DNA from: an uncultured Candidatus Bathyarchaeia archaeon
GTDB taxonomy: Archaea > Thermoproteota > Bathyarchaeia > Bathyarchaeales > Bathyarchaeaceae
Assembly: GCA_964618695.1 (NCBI GenBank)
Contig: CAZUDX010000004.1
Coordinates: 86,257 to 150,256 of the forward strand
Length of the DNA stretch: 64,000 nt
Direction of reading: 5' to 3'
Shown: piece by piece, positions 43,967 to 53,693 of the stretch
How the letters are laid out: each line of letters opens with the position of its first letter
Numbering within the stretch: the first letter of the stretch is position 1
Position numbers and translations under genes: made by a program
The notes under the pieces: generated by a model
The model's input: only the letters and a program-made list of their open reading frames with translations
Told to the model about the DNA's origin: nothing
Database searches by the model: none

Positions 43967-46065
43967 ACGCCTGCTGGGCAGCCACCTGCATATTCAGAGT
44001 CTGCGCTTACGTGTTTTTCAGTAGCCATCTCCTTAGTCAAAAGTGGACCCACGTATAGAACCTGTTCCTTTTTGCTTCCGTACCGATAAACAGTTACCCC
44101 TTTGCATTTCAACTTGTAAGCCATCAGATATACTCTTCTAACGTCTTCCACAGTCGCGTCGGGCGGAAGATTCACTGTCTTCGAAACAGCGTTGTCTACG
44201 TATTTCTGGAAAGCCGCCTGCATTCTCACATGCCACTCCGCATCAATATCCAAAGCTGTTACAAAAATTCTCCGTACGTCTTTAGGAATATTCTCCATAT
44301 TTTGTATGGAACCTGTCTTCGCAATCTCCAACATTAAGTCCCTGCTGTAAAAGCCTCTTTCCATTGCCAGTTTTTCGAATGTGGGCTGTATCTCCAGCAA
44401 CCTTGTGCCCTCCATAACATTTCTAACAAAAGCCACAGCAAAAATCGGCTCTATTCCCCCTGAACAACCACCAATTATGCTTATTGTTCCCGTGGGCGCA
44501 ACTGTAGTGACTGTAGAGTTGCGAATCGTCTTGTAGCCCCTCTTCTCCCAGAGGCTACCCTTAAAGTTGGGGAAAGCTCCTCTCTTCTCACCTATCTCAA
44601 CAGACTTCTTCGTAGCCTCTTCACTCACGAATTTCATGACTTTTTCTGCCATAGCTAAGGCTTCTTCAGAATCGTAGGGGATACCCAACATGATGAGCAT
44701 GTCTGCGAAGCCCATGACTCCCAACCCGATTTTTCGGTTAGCACGGGTGAGTTCCCCGATTTCCTGCAAAGGATACTTGTTCACGTCAATCACGTTGTCT
44801 AAGAAGTGGACAGCGGTTCTGGTTACTCTTCTCAGTTTCTCCCAGTCCAGTTCTCTATCCTTAACCATTTTAGCCAAGTTGATGGAACCCAGATTACATG
44901 ATTCGAAAGGTAGCAGTGGCTGTTCTCCACATGGGTTAGTGCTCCGAATCTCTCCCACTTGCGGAGTTGGATTATGACGATTTATTTCATCAATAAAGAC
45001 AAGACCTGGGTCTCCTGTTCTCCAAGCATTGGCAACTATCAAATCAAAAATGTGACGAGCACGCAACTTAGTTTCAGCCTTTCCGTTTCGAGGATTAACA
45101 AGGGCAACTTCTCCATCCTTTTCCACAGCCTCCATGAACTCGTCCGTAACTGCCACGGAAATGTTGAAGTTTGTTAGAATTCCTTCTTTGGACTTTGCTT
45201 CAATGAACTTCAAAATGTCGGGGTGAGTCACGTCTAATATTGCCATGTTGGCTCCCCGTCTTCGTCCTCCCTGTTTAATCACGTTGGTTGCAGCGTCATA
45301 GATTGTCATGAACGAGACTGGTCCAGAGGCTATTCCTTTAGTGGAGCCTACTATGTCCCCTGCAGGTCTCAACTTCGAGAACGAAAAACCGGTTCCCCCG
45401 CCCGACTGATGGATCATCGCCATATTCTTCAAAGTGGTGAATATACCATCTATCGAATCCTCTACAGGCAGGACGAAACAGGCGGAAAGCTGACCAAGTC
45501 TGGTGCCTGCGTTCATTAGGGTCGGAGAGTTAGGTAGAAACTCTCGGTTCGCCATAACTTGATAAAAAGTTTCCTCAATCTGTTTTACGTCAGCTTTTTT
45601 GTCGTAGAGAACGTCTGCTTTAGCCACTGCTTTGGCAACTCTGCGAAACAACTGGCTTGGAGTCTCAACAACCTTGCCCTCATAATCTTTCATGAGATAC
45701 CTGTTTTTCAGCACTTTTATGGCGTTGACTCCCAGTTTTAAATCGTCAACAACACCGAAGAACTTTTTGAACTCTCTAATTTCTGTGCGCTTCTGACGAT
45801 ACAAAATATAGGATTTAGCCACATCAGCATATCCCTCCCTGATGAGAACCTCCTCAACAATATCCTGAACGTTCTCAACACTGGGAACTTTATTTACGAA
45901 TCGTTCGTTGAGGAGCTTTACCACATCTTCGGAAAGCCTCTTCGCAATGTCAACATCTCCCTTCTCAACAGCCTTTAATGCCTTGAGAATAGCGTTAGTT
46001 ATCTTGGTTTTATCAAAACTAACTATGCGTCCATCTCGTTTTGTGATCTTAGAAACTCTAACCAA
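43954..46065 (-). CDS. nrdJ: Ribonucleoside-triphosphate/diphosphate reductase, class II (adenosylcobalamin-dependent), with ATP-cone
   Basis: 703 aa. N-terminal ATP-cone (KRDGRIVSFDKTKITNAILKA), thiyl-radical loop TNPCGEQPLLPFESCNLGS, C-terminal Cys pair GGCPAGVCPF. No intein. Confidence 0.9.
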   Translation of the reverse strand: MVRVSKITKRDGRIVSFDKTKITNAILKALKAVEKGDVDIAKRLSEDVVKLLNERFVNKVPSVENVQDIVEEVLIREGYADVAKSYILYRQKRTEIREFKKFFGVVDDLKLGVNAIKVLKNRYLMKDYEGKVVETPSQLFRRVAKAVAKADVLYDKKADVKQIEETFYQVMANREFLPNSPTLMNAGTRLGQLSACFVLPVEDSIDGIFTTLKNMAMIHQSGGGTGFSFSKLRPAGDIVGSTKGIASGPVSFMTIYDAATNVIKQGGRRRGANMAILDVTHPDILKFIEAKSKEGILTNFNISVAVTDEFMEAVEKDGEVALVNPRNGKAETKLRARHIFDLIVANAWRTGDPGLVFIDEINRHNPTPQVGEIRSTNPCGEQPLLPFESCNLGSINLAKMVKDRELDWEKLRRVTRTAVHFLDNVIDVNKYPLQEIGELTRANRKIGLGVMGFADMLIMLGIPYDSEEALAMAEKVMKFVSEEATKKSVEIGEKRGAFPNFKGSLWEKRGYKTIRNSTVTTVAPTGTISIIGGCSGGIEPIFAVAFVRNVMEGTRLLEIQPTFEKLAMERGFYSRDLMLEIAKTGSIQNMENIPKDVRRIFVTALDIDAEWHVRMQAAFQKYVDNAVSKTVNLPPDATVEDVRRVYLMAYKLKCKGVTVYRYGSKKEQVLYVGPLLTKEMATEKHVSADSEYAGGCPAGVCPF

Positions 46066-46266
46066 CTTTCGCCCCCAAGATACTAATGTTCACAACTACT
46101 TTAATCTGTAGCCCTCAAATTAAGGATGATTTTGTGGCTATACTAATAACTATCTAAAGCAAGAAACGGGTTTTCTCTACGACCAGAAAGCCTTGTTGAT
46201 TAACTAAAAAAACAAAAAAGGGAAGGGGGAGATTTTCAGAAGGCTTAGTTCGCCATTGAGCCGTGT

Positions 46267-47655
46267 TTAGTATGGTAGAGTTTCCAGCCAGGGATAAAGC
46301 ATCTTTATCTTCGCTACTGCTTTGTCCACTTTTTCCTCTGGGTATTCGTATGGTAGTAGTTTGCCGTGGTTGTAGTCGTCGTAGGCTTGCATGTCAAAGT
46401 AGCCGTGACCGCACAGCAGGAAGAGAAGTGTCTTTTCCTCTCCAGTCTCCTTGCATCTTAAAGCCTCATCAATGACAGCCTTAATGGCATGGGTTGGCTC
46501 GGGAGCAGGTACTATAACCTCGCTTTTTATGAAGGTTTTTGCGGCGTCGAAGACCTCCAGTTGGTTATAGGCTTTGGTTTCTAACATGTTCGCATCCTTT
46601 AAGATGCTCAAAGTGGGCGCTATACCGTGGTAGCGTAGACCTCCAGCATGGATTGGCGGTGGTATGAAATTATGGCCTAAGGTATGCATTTTTACTAGGG
46701 GTGTAATTCTCGCCGTGTCGCCGTGATCGTACATGTATTTTCCTTTGGTGATCGAGGGACAAGCTGTCGCTTCAGTAGCTACAAACTTGGTATCTTTTGG
46801 CGCTTTTCCTGAAACTTTGTCGTGGTAGAAAGGCCAGAAGAGACCTGAGAAGCTGCTGCCGCCACCTATGCATCCGTAGATTACATCTGGATAATCGTCT
46901 ACTAATGCAAGCTGTTTCTGGGCTTCCTGTCCTACCACTGTTTGATGCAAAAGAACATGATTGAATACACTGCCTATACCATAATTCGCTTCTGGACTAA
47001 CCAACGCATCTTCTACAGCTTCGCTGATGGCAATTCCTAGGCTTCCAGTACTGTTAGGGTCTTCAGCCAAAACTTTTCTGCCAGCCTCTGTCTTGTTGCT
47101 TGGACTGGCGTAAACCTCGGCGTTATAAGTTTCCATCAGAACCCTTCGGTAAGGCTTCTGGTCGTAGCTGATCCGCACCATGTACACTGTGCAATCGAGA
47201 CCAAAAGTCATGCAGCCAAAGGCGAAAGCTGAGCCCCACTGGCCGGCTCCGGTTTCGGTAGCCATGCGTTCTTTGCCTGCTTTCATGTTGTAGTAAGCTT
47301 GTGCAACGGCAGTGTTGGGTTTGTGGCTTCCTGAGGGGCTAACTCCTTCATATTTGTAGTAGATTTTGGCCGGGGTCTTAAGCGCCTTTTCCAGTCGAGT
47401 GGCTCTGAAAAGTGGAGTGGGTCTCCACAGACTGTAGATATCTCGCACTTCGTCAGGGATGTCTATCCATCTTTCCTTACTCAGCTCTTGTCCGATAATC
47501 TCTTTGGGAAAGATTTTGGGAACGATTCCAGCTCCAGGTGCATGCGTTTCCGTTTCTATAAAGGGCGGCATCGGTTTAGGCAGATCCGGCAGTATGCAGT
47601 ACCATTTTTTGGGTATTTCTTCTTCGTCTAGCACTATCTTCTTTTTGGTTACCAT
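46267..47655 (-). CDS. trpB: TrpB2-type tryptophan synthase beta-like PLP enzyme
   Basis: 462 aa. [23 protein letters not shown] (PLP lysine), GGGSSFSG. Long N-terminal extension typical of TrpB2. No trpA nearby. Confidence 0.85.
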   Translation of the reverse strand: MVTKKKIVLDEEEIPKKWYCILPDLPKPMPPFIETETHAPGAGIVPKIFPKEIIGQELSKERWIDIPDEVRDIYSLWRPTPLFRATRLEKALKTPAKIYYKYEGVSPSGSHKPNTAVAQAYYNMKAGKERMATETGAGQWGSAFAFGCMTFGLDCTVYMVRISYDQKPYRRVLMETYNAEVYASPSNKTEAGRKVLAEDPNSTGSLGIAISEAVEDALVSPEANYGIGSVFNHVLLHQTVVGQEAQKQLALVDDYPDVIYGCIGGGSSFSGLFWPFYHDKVSGKAPKDTKFVATEATACPSITKGKYMYDHGDTARITPLVKMHTLGHNFIPPPIHAGGLRYHGIAPTLSILKDANMLETKAYNQLEVFDAAKTFIKSEVIVPAPEPTHAIKAVIDEALRCKETGEEKTLLFLLCGHGYFDMQAYDDYNHGKLLPYEYPEEKVDKAVAKIKMLYPWLETLPY

Positions 47656-47759
47656 TGTTTTTTCACTCTCTTTCGGATTTGAAGAATTAACCTTTTTTAT
47701 ACCATAAAGTGATTATATAAGCTTTGCCGGATAACAGTTTACGTTGAGGAGAGATAGAT

Positions 47760-48263
47760 ATGTGGAGCCAAATCAAGGTCTTCTTTAACGATTTGCCTGC
47801 TCAACAGAGGGTGGCGAGGCTCTTGTTTGATAGGGGTTTCCAAGTCCGTGAGGACGGCAAAGTTGTGAGCGGTGGAATAGAGATACCTCACACTCAGATT
47901 GCCAAGGAAGCAGGTGTTGAACGCCGAGCCGTCGATAGCACCGTCCAAACTATACTCTCAAAGACAGAACTTACACGGATTTACAAGAATCTTAGACAGG
48001 TGTATTCGCTGCAGGAGGTGGCTCGCGAGTTTAACCTGAGCGTAATAGTTTTTGTTCCTGAGGACGCTAGCCAAACAGGAATTATAGCTAATGTTACGAA
48101 AAAGGTGTCGGAGCAGGGGCTTAGTATAAGGCAGGCTCTGGCAGAAGATCCTAGCATAAGTGCACACCCCAAATTGACTCTGATAATCGAGGGGGATATT
48201 CCCTCAGAACTGATAAGCGAGATAAGAAGACTGCCTGGAACCCGAAGCATCACCGTGTATTAG
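47760..48263 (+). CDS. ACT-domain regulator of amino-acid metabolism (archaeal COG2150-like)
   Basis: 167 aa. N-terminal HTH-like part (QRVARLLFDRGF...HTQIAKEAGVERRAV) and a C-terminal ACT-like part. Confidence 0.55.
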   Translation: MWSQIKVFFNDLPAQQRVARLLFDRGFQVREDGKVVSGGIEIPHTQIAKEAGVERRAVDSTVQTILSKTELTRIYKNLRQVYSLQEVAREFNLSVIVFVPEDASQTGIIANVTKKVSEQGLSIRQALAEDPSISAHPKLTLIIEGDIPSELISEIRRLPGTRSITVY

Positions 48264-48279
48264 CTGATTCAGCGTAGAG

Positions 48280-48831
48280 TTAGTTAAAAGTTGATTTGTT
48301 AGTGTAGATTTTGATGGCTGAGATCATTATCCATAAGACAACAATTTTTGATATGGTTTCTGGAACAGCTATGCCGATATTGAATATTTTTAATGCATAT
48401 ATTGTCCATGAGCCGAGAACGGTTACAAAGGTGATGAGCGCTACGGCGGATCTTTTTTCTACTGTATAAACGATTGAAGTGAGACTCAGCATCACAAAGT
48501 GGGGCACTGCCACGGCGTAGTGGAGAGAACCGTATGCTTCATTGAATGCTGCTAGCAACTGGACTAGAAAAGTTGAAACCAACAAGCAAAGGCTACTATA
48601 CTTGGCATGTTTTTTGAAGGCAGTTAGAGCGTAGATCATCAGAAGAAAACCCGAAAATAGTAGACCGAAGTTGAATATGAAGGCAACATTGCTGTCCTCG
48701 GCGTGTCCTAGGTCGCTTAATGCGTTATTTTCCCAACTGAACCATGGCGCCAGAACTAATGATGCTGCAATGGAAAAGTAAACTAGTAAGGGTCCAAAAA
48801 TTCCGAACAGCGCATAGACCCTTTCTTGCAT
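48280..48831 (-). CDS. DUF998-like integral membrane protein
   Basis: 183 aa, 6 hydrophobic helices, NALSDLG motif after TM1. Confidence 0.5.
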   Translation of the reverse strand: MQERVYALFGIFGPLLVYFSIAASLVLAPWFSWENNALSDLGHAEDSNVAFIFNFGLLFSGFLLMIYALTAFKKHAKYSSLCLLVSTFLVQLLAAFNEAYGSLHYAVAVPHFVMLSLTSIVYTVEKRSAVALITFVTVLGSWTIYALKIFNIGIAVPETISKIVVLWIMISAIKIYTNKSTFN

Positions 48832-48876
48832 AACTGAGTAACCCCTTAATTGTTGGTATTTATGTGGGAGTTGCTT

Positions 48877-49284
48877 TTAGGTGTAACTTCTGAACTTAAC
48901 TTCTTTTGCCGCGTCTCCAGAAACTATCTTCTTTTCCAGTTCTTCCACTTTGCATTTGCATCTGGAAACGTCGGCTATGACAATCCATTCAGCTGATTTT
49001 CCTCTCTTCAAGGTTCTGGATTCACTGGATAACAGGTCGACTCCCTGAGTTGCGAGGATGTTTGCCGCTTTTGCGAGAGCGCCGGGGATGTCTGAGAATG
49101 TGATGCTTAGTTCAACTAGTTTTGCTTCGGGGTCGGCGAAGGGAGCGATTCTGATCTCTTTCTCGTCTAAACTAGCTATTAGCATGACGTACATTCCTTC
49201 CGATAGCCTCACTGCTTCGCGAATTGAGGAGGGCATTGTGATTCGTCCTCTGGAGTCTATTCGAACTATCTCGGTCATTCGCAT
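48877..49284 (-). CDS. AbrB/SpoVT-domain plus ACT-domain fusion regulator
   Basis: 135 aa. VRIDSRGRITMPSSIREAVRLSEGMYVMLI (AbrB-like), then LSITFSDIPGALAKAANILATQGVDLLSSES (ACT-like). Divergent from the his operon. Confidence 0.55.
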   Translation of the reverse strand: MRMTEIVRIDSRGRITMPSSIREAVRLSEGMYVMLIASLDEKEIRIAPFADPEAKLVELSITFSDIPGALAKAANILATQGVDLLSSESRTLKRGKSAEWIVIADVSRCKCKVEELEKKIVSGDAAKEVKFRSYT

Positions 49285-49317
49285 GTTCTTTTGTCTCCAC
49301 TATTCCTTGCAGAAACC

Positions 49318-49326
49318 TTTATATAA
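49318..49326 (+). promoter_or_regulatory. TATA box TTTATATAA with purine-rich BRE-like AGAAAC upstream; candidate his operon promoter (possibly bidirectional)
   Basis: gcAGAAACcTTTATATAAgg in the 110-nt divergent intergenic region. Confidence 0.45.
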
Positions 49327-49393
49327 GGTGTGCGTAATATGGGTTCTAACCCACAAATTACCCACGGAGGACAAAAATTGCCAAGGAGGAATA

Positions 49394-50668
49394 ACGTTCA
49401 CCAGACTACACACCCCAAAAGGAACGAGAGACTATCTGCCTAACGAAGTTGACCAATATCGCTACATCGAAGACAAGCTAAAAAAAATTTTTGAATTATG
49501 GAACTACAGAGAAGTCCGCTCCCCCACAATCGAATTCGTTGAAACCCTATCCACAGGCGTCGGATCCGAACTGGTGGACACTATGTTCAAGTTCCAAGAC
49601 TTTGACGGAAAAATTTTAGCCCTAAGAGCCGAAATGACAGCACCAGTGGCAAGAATCGTGACAACTCGTATGCCATCTGTTCCAGAGCCGATTCGCCTGT
49701 TTTATGTCACAAACGTTTTCAGGTATAGCCAATCGTATCTGAAGCGAGAAAGAGAGTTCTGTCAGGCTGGAGTTGAACTTGTCGGCTGCAACACCCCAGA
49801 AGCTGACGGAGAAATTCTGGCTCTGCTTATTTCATCTCTCCAGAAAGTTGGCTTGAAGGAAGTGCGAATTGACCTAGGAAATGCCAGCCTCCTCAAGGAC
49901 CTGTTGGATGCGGCAGGTTTGGATGAACAACAGAAAAGTTCTCTTCAGAATTTTCTATCATGCCGAGACACGGTGAATCTAAAGAATTTCATGGAACAAA
50001 ACGATTTTCCTTCTAACCTAAGAGAGGCTTTCCGTCAGCTTTCTTGCTGCAGAAAATTGGATGAAGTTACGTCAGTATCACTTAACGGTTCAAAATATGA
50101 TAAGGCAAACAAACAACTGGGAAGCCTTTTAGAACTTCAGGAAATCCTCGTGGATTATAAGATAGACGACATGGTTTTCTTCGATTTTTCTTTAACAAAA
50201 CAGATCGGATATTACACTGGAATGGTATTCGAGGCTTCTGTTCCAAACTTAGGTCTCCCCCTCGGCGGCGGAGGCAGATACGACAACTTCATCGAAAAAT
50301 TTGGAAAACTCAGGCTCCCAGCAACAGGCTTCGCTCTGGAAATAGGAAAACTCCTCCAAGCCCTCACTGCACAGGGTTTCGAAATCCCAAAAAAGACAAA
50401 AACCAAGGTTATCGTAACGTCGAAATCTAGGAAAGCTGCAGTAGAAGCAGTTAAACTTCTTCGTGAAGCAGGAATCATCACTTCATTGGAAGCAACGAAA
50501 AGGAGCCTTGAGAAAACACTGGAATACGGAAAGTTTGTTGAAACAGATTACGTCGTTTCCGTTGCTTCATCACTCAAGAATCCTGTAACCGTTTACGACA
50601 TAAAGTCAAACGTTTCAAAAAGCCTAATGCTCGAAACGTTCCTTCGAGACATCGGAGGTCAATCTTGA
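49394..50668 (+). CDS. hisZ: ATP phosphoribosyltransferase regulatory subunit HisZ (HisRS paralogue); start codon unresolved
   Basis: HisRS-like core (PKGTRDYLP, LRAEMTAPVAR, FRYSQ...REREFCQAGVELVG, GGGGRYD). Motif 3 lacks the Arg (GFALEIGKL). It overlaps a short-form hisG, which requires HisZ. The alternative call is hisS. Confidence 0.6.
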   Translation, partial: TFTRLHTPKGTRDYLPNEVDQYRYIEDKLKKIFELWNYREVRSPTIEFVETLSTGVGSELVDTMFKFQDFDGKILALRAEMTAPVARIVTTRMPSVPEPIRLFYVTNVFRYSQSYLKREREFCQAGVELVGCNTPEADGEILALLISSLQKVGLKEVRIDLGNASLLKDLLDAAGLDEQQKSSLQNFLSCRDTVNLKNFMEQNDFPSNLREAFRQLSCCRKLDEVTSVSLNGSKYDKANKQLGSLLELQEILVDYKIDDMVFFDFSLTKQIGYYTGMVFEASVPNLGLPLGGGGRYDNFIEKFGKLRLPATGFALEIGKLLQALTAQGFEIPKKTKTKVIVTSKSRKAAVEAVKLLREAGIITSLEATKRSLEKTLEYGKFVETDYVVSVASSLKNPVTVYDIKSNVSKSLMLETFLRDIGGQS

Positions 50669-51309
50669 TGAACAAAAAGATTCGAATTGCTATACCAAAC
50701 AAGGGGCGCCTGAAGCAACCGGCGATTAAAGTTCTAGAGGGTGCAGGAATAGAGATTTTGGAAGAGGACAGAACCTACGTTTCCAAAACTTCTGACCCAA
50801 GATTCGAGGCAATCTTCGCCAGAGCCTACGACATACCCGTTTACGTCCAATACGGCGCCGTAGACCTAGGTATCACTGGTCACGACTTGATTCTTGAAAG
50901 AGAGGCAGACGTTCTTGAATTGTTGGATCTAGAATTTGGAAAATGCACTCTTGTTGTCGCTGCACCCGAAAAGTCGACTATTACTTCCATCAGTGAAGTT
51001 CCTGCTCTGACAAGAATAGCAACCGAATTTCCAGCCATTACCAGAAAATATTTCGAAAAATTGGGAATGCAAGTGGAAGTTTTGGAGGTCAGCGGAACAT
51101 CAGAGCTCGCCCCTAAACTGGGTCTGGCTCAGATAATCGTCGACATCACTTCAAGCGGCGAAACACTGCGAAAAAACAACCTTCGGGTAATCAGTTCAAT
51201 CCTTGGCTCAACTACCAGACTAGCTTGCAACAAGATCGCCTACAGAACCTTCGAGAAGGAAATCAACGAGCTTCTCGCCAAACTACGAGGAGGGTTAGGA
51301 AAAAAATGA
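50668..51309 (+). CDS. hisG: ATP phosphoribosyltransferase, short form
   Basis: 213 aa. IRIAIPNKGRL, DLGITGHDL, VDITSSGETLRKN. Confidence 0.9.
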   Translation: MNKKIRIAIPNKGRLKQPAIKVLEGAGIEILEEDRTYVSKTSDPRFEAIFARAYDIPVYVQYGAVDLGITGHDLILEREADVLELLDLEFGKCTLVVAAPEKSTITSISEVPALTRIATEFPAITRKYFEKLGMQVEVLEVSGTSELAPKLGLAQIIVDITSSGETLRKNNLRVISSILGSTTRLACNKIAYRTFEKEINELLAKLRGGLGKK

Positions 51310-52607
51310 GAATTGTAACCACTCAAGAATTCAAAGAGGAAATGATCACCCGAGTATTGAACAGGGGGAAATCTGACCTATCCACGACCTCCTCCTCAGT
51401 TAGAACAATAATAAAAGATGTCCAAGAAAAGGGTGACAAAGCCCTTTTACAGTACACTGAGAGGTTTGATAAAGTCCGCCTTCCTCCAGCAAAGCTCAAG
51501 GTTGACGAGAGGGAGATAAAAGAAGCATATGAAAAGCTGGAAGAAAGCCAGATTAATGCCTTAAAGAAAGCCGCTGCCAATATTGCAAGTTTTCACAAGA
51601 AACAACTCATAGAAAAGTGGACCATGGAAATTGTAGACGGCGTAACTGTTGGACAGGTTATTCAACCCTTAACATCTGTTGGTGTCTACGCTCCTGGAGG
51701 AAAAGCAGCCTATCCGTCTTCGGTGCTGATGTGTGCAATCCCCGCTCGGGTAGCTGGAGTCGTAAAGATCATTATCTGTTCCCCACCTGGAAAGGATGGA
51801 GACGTTAATCCGGCTCTTTTGGTGGCTGCCGATATTGCGGGAGTGAGTGAGGTATATCGTGTTGGAGGAGCGCAAGCTATAGCTGCTATGGCTTACGGCA
51901 CAGAAACAGTGCCAAAAGTAGACAAGATTGTTGGTCCAGGAAACGTCTTTGTGACAGCCGCAAAACTGGAGGTAAGCAAGGATGTGGCTATAGATGTTCC
52001 AGCTGGACCAAGCGAGGTATTGATAATTGCAGATGAGACTGGCAACGCTTCCTTCATTGCCTCAGACCTCCTTGCACAAGCAGAACACGACCCTCAAGCA
52101 TGGGCGATCCTATTAACCACGTCCGAAGCTTTAGCATCAGCAGTCAAGAAGGAAATTTACAGGCAGATGAAATCTCTTTCTAGAACAGAAATAATTGGGT
52201 CATCCATCCAAAAAGGAGGCTTAATAGTGATCATCAATAACATCGAAGAAGCAATAGAATACACAAATCAGATAGCTCCCGAACACCTACAAATCCAAAC
52301 TAAGAATCCCACAGAAGTTCTCAGCAAGATTCGAAACGCCGGAGCAGTCTTCCTAGGAAGCTACTCACCAGTTGCTTTGGGCGATTACTCTTCCGGATTG
52401 AATCACGTTCTTCCTACGGCAGGCTACGCAAGACTCTACTCAGGTCTCTCAACCTTAGATTTTGTTAAGACAATGAACTTTCTCCAATGCAACAAAGAAG
52501 GCTACCGGAAACTGAAGGAGACAGCAGTTACCATTGCTGAAATGGAGGGCTTTGATGCACATGCAAAATCGGTTTCAATAAGGGAGGATGAAAAAAATGA
52601 AGATTGA
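51306..52607 (+). CDS. hisD: Histidinol dehydrogenase
   Basis: ATG overlaps the hisG stop (ATGA). [40 protein letters not shown]. Confidence 0.92.
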   Translation: MRIVTTQEFKEEMITRVLNRGKSDLSTTSSSVRTIIKDVQEKGDKALLQYTERFDKVRLPPAKLKVDEREIKEAYEKLEESQINALKKAAANIASFHKKQLIEKWTMEIVDGVTVGQVIQPLTSVGVYAPGGKAAYPSSVLMCAIPARVAGVVKIIICSPPGKDGDVNPALLVAADIAGVSEVYRVGGAQAIAAMAYGTETVPKVDKIVGPGNVFVTAAKLEVSKDVAIDVPAGPSEVLIIADETGNASFIASDLLAQAEHDPQAWAILLTTSEALASAVKKEIYRQMKSLSRTEIIGSSIQKGGLIVIINNIEEAIEYTNQIAPEHLQIQTKNPTEVLSKIRNAGAVFLGSYSPVALGDYSSGLNHVLPTAGYARLYSGLSTLDFVKTMNFLQCNKEGYRKLKETAVTIAEMEGFDAHAKSVSIREDEKNED

Positions 52608-53688
52608 AGACTTGATTCAAAAGGAAGTTAGAGACCTTTCTTGCTACGAAGTTAAAACTATCCTTGATCGAAAACTTGGAAAAAAAATCGTGAAGATGGA
52701 CTTCAACGAAAACTTCGCTATGACAAGTGATATTATAGAAAGACTGTTGCTTGATGTTTGCCGAAATGTGGATGTTCGGGCGTATCCTCCTCCTCGCGGA
52801 TGCATGGCAGTCAAAGCAATCGCAACCTTTCTCGGCTTCAAAGAATCTGAAATCTCTGTGGCGAACGGTGCAGACGAACTCATGGATTTACTAATGAAAG
52901 TGTTTGTACGAAGGGGTTCGAAAGTCTTGGTTGTTGAACCCACGTTTCCCATGTATACTTTCTTCACGCAATTGTATGGAGGCAAAACGGTCACAAGTAT
53001 GCTGAAATCCAACTTTGAATTGGATGTTGACGCTATATTGAAAAAAGCTGACAAGACTACTCGTTTGCTCTTCGTTTGTTCGCCAAACAATCCTACCGGC
53101 AGCCAATTTCGAGAAGCGGATATCAAAAGGCTCTTGCAGGAATTTAATGGTGTTGTTGTTGTGGACGAAGCATATGCTGACTTCGCTCGATATTCGGTCA
53201 TCAACTGGGTGAGAGATTATGAGAACCTTGCCGTCTTGCGAAGCTTTTCGAAGGCCTTCGGTTTGGCTGGACTTCGCCTCGGCTATCTGGTATCAAACAG
53301 TTCTATTGTAAAGTATGTTCAAAGAGTGATGGATCCCTTCAACGTGAACGTAGTAACTCAACAACTCATAACGTCTGCACTGCAGAAATGGAATTACTTC
53401 GAAGAGCGAATCAAATTCGTAATCAACGAACGAGAATGGCTGATGGATAACCTGAAACAAGTTGATGGAGTAACTCCATTTCCTTCAGATGCAAATTTCA
53501 TTCTCTTCAAAGTGACCAAAGGCAATCTCACCTCAGCCATCGTTAAAGAGAGACTGGAAAGCAGAAATGTTTTGGTTAAGGATAGGGGGCACCTGCCTCT
53601 CCTAGAGAATTGTATACGCGTCACAGTTGGAACTCGAAAAATGAACGAAGCCTTCCTTTCTGCCCTAAAAGAGTCTCTGGAGGAATAG
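52588..53688 (+). CDS. hisC: Histidinol-phosphate aminotransferase
   Basis: SPNNPTGSQF, VVVDEAY, SFSKAFGLAGLRLGY (PLP lysine). Confidence 0.9.
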   Translation: MKKMKIEDLIQKEVRDLSCYEVKTILDRKLGKKIVKMDFNENFAMTSDIIERLLLDVCRNVDVRAYPPPRGCMAVKAIATFLGFKESEISVANGADELMDLLMKVFVRRGSKVLVVEPTFPMYTFFTQLYGGKTVTSMLKSNFELDVDAILKKADKTTRLLFVCSPNNPTGSQFREADIKRLLQEFNGVVVVDEAYADFARYSVINWVRDYENLAVLRSFSKAFGLAGLRLGYLVSNSSIVKYVQRVMDPFNVNVVTQQLITSALQKWNYFEERIKFVINEREWLMDNLKQVDGVTPFPSDANFILFKVTKGNLTSAIVKERLESRNVLVKDRGHLPLLENCIRVTVGTRKMNEAFLSALKESLEE

Positions 53689-53693
53689 ATAAT

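Noticed and set aside
43954-46065. Checked nrdJ (and rtcB) for inteins or introns.
   Set aside because: The conserved motifs are contiguous and the protein lengths are normal.
49058-49393. N-terminal 110 codons of the 536-aa ORF 49058-50668.
   Set aside because: This part overlaps the opposite-strand AbrB-ACT gene and the promoter region. HisZ/HisRS homology begins only near 49400.
49394-50668. Calling this gene hisS (genuine histidyl-tRNA synthetase).
   Set aside because: It retains an anticodon-binding-like C-terminal domain, so hisS is not excluded. However, motif 3 lacks the catalytic Arg, and it overlaps a short-form hisG that needs HisZ. HisZ is therefore preferred.
52644-53204. 186-aa minus-strand ORF inside hisC, and similar antisense ORFs in GT genes (1908-2408, 20016-20504).
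   Set aside because: They lie opposite strongly conserved coding frames and are serine/threonine-rich shadow products.
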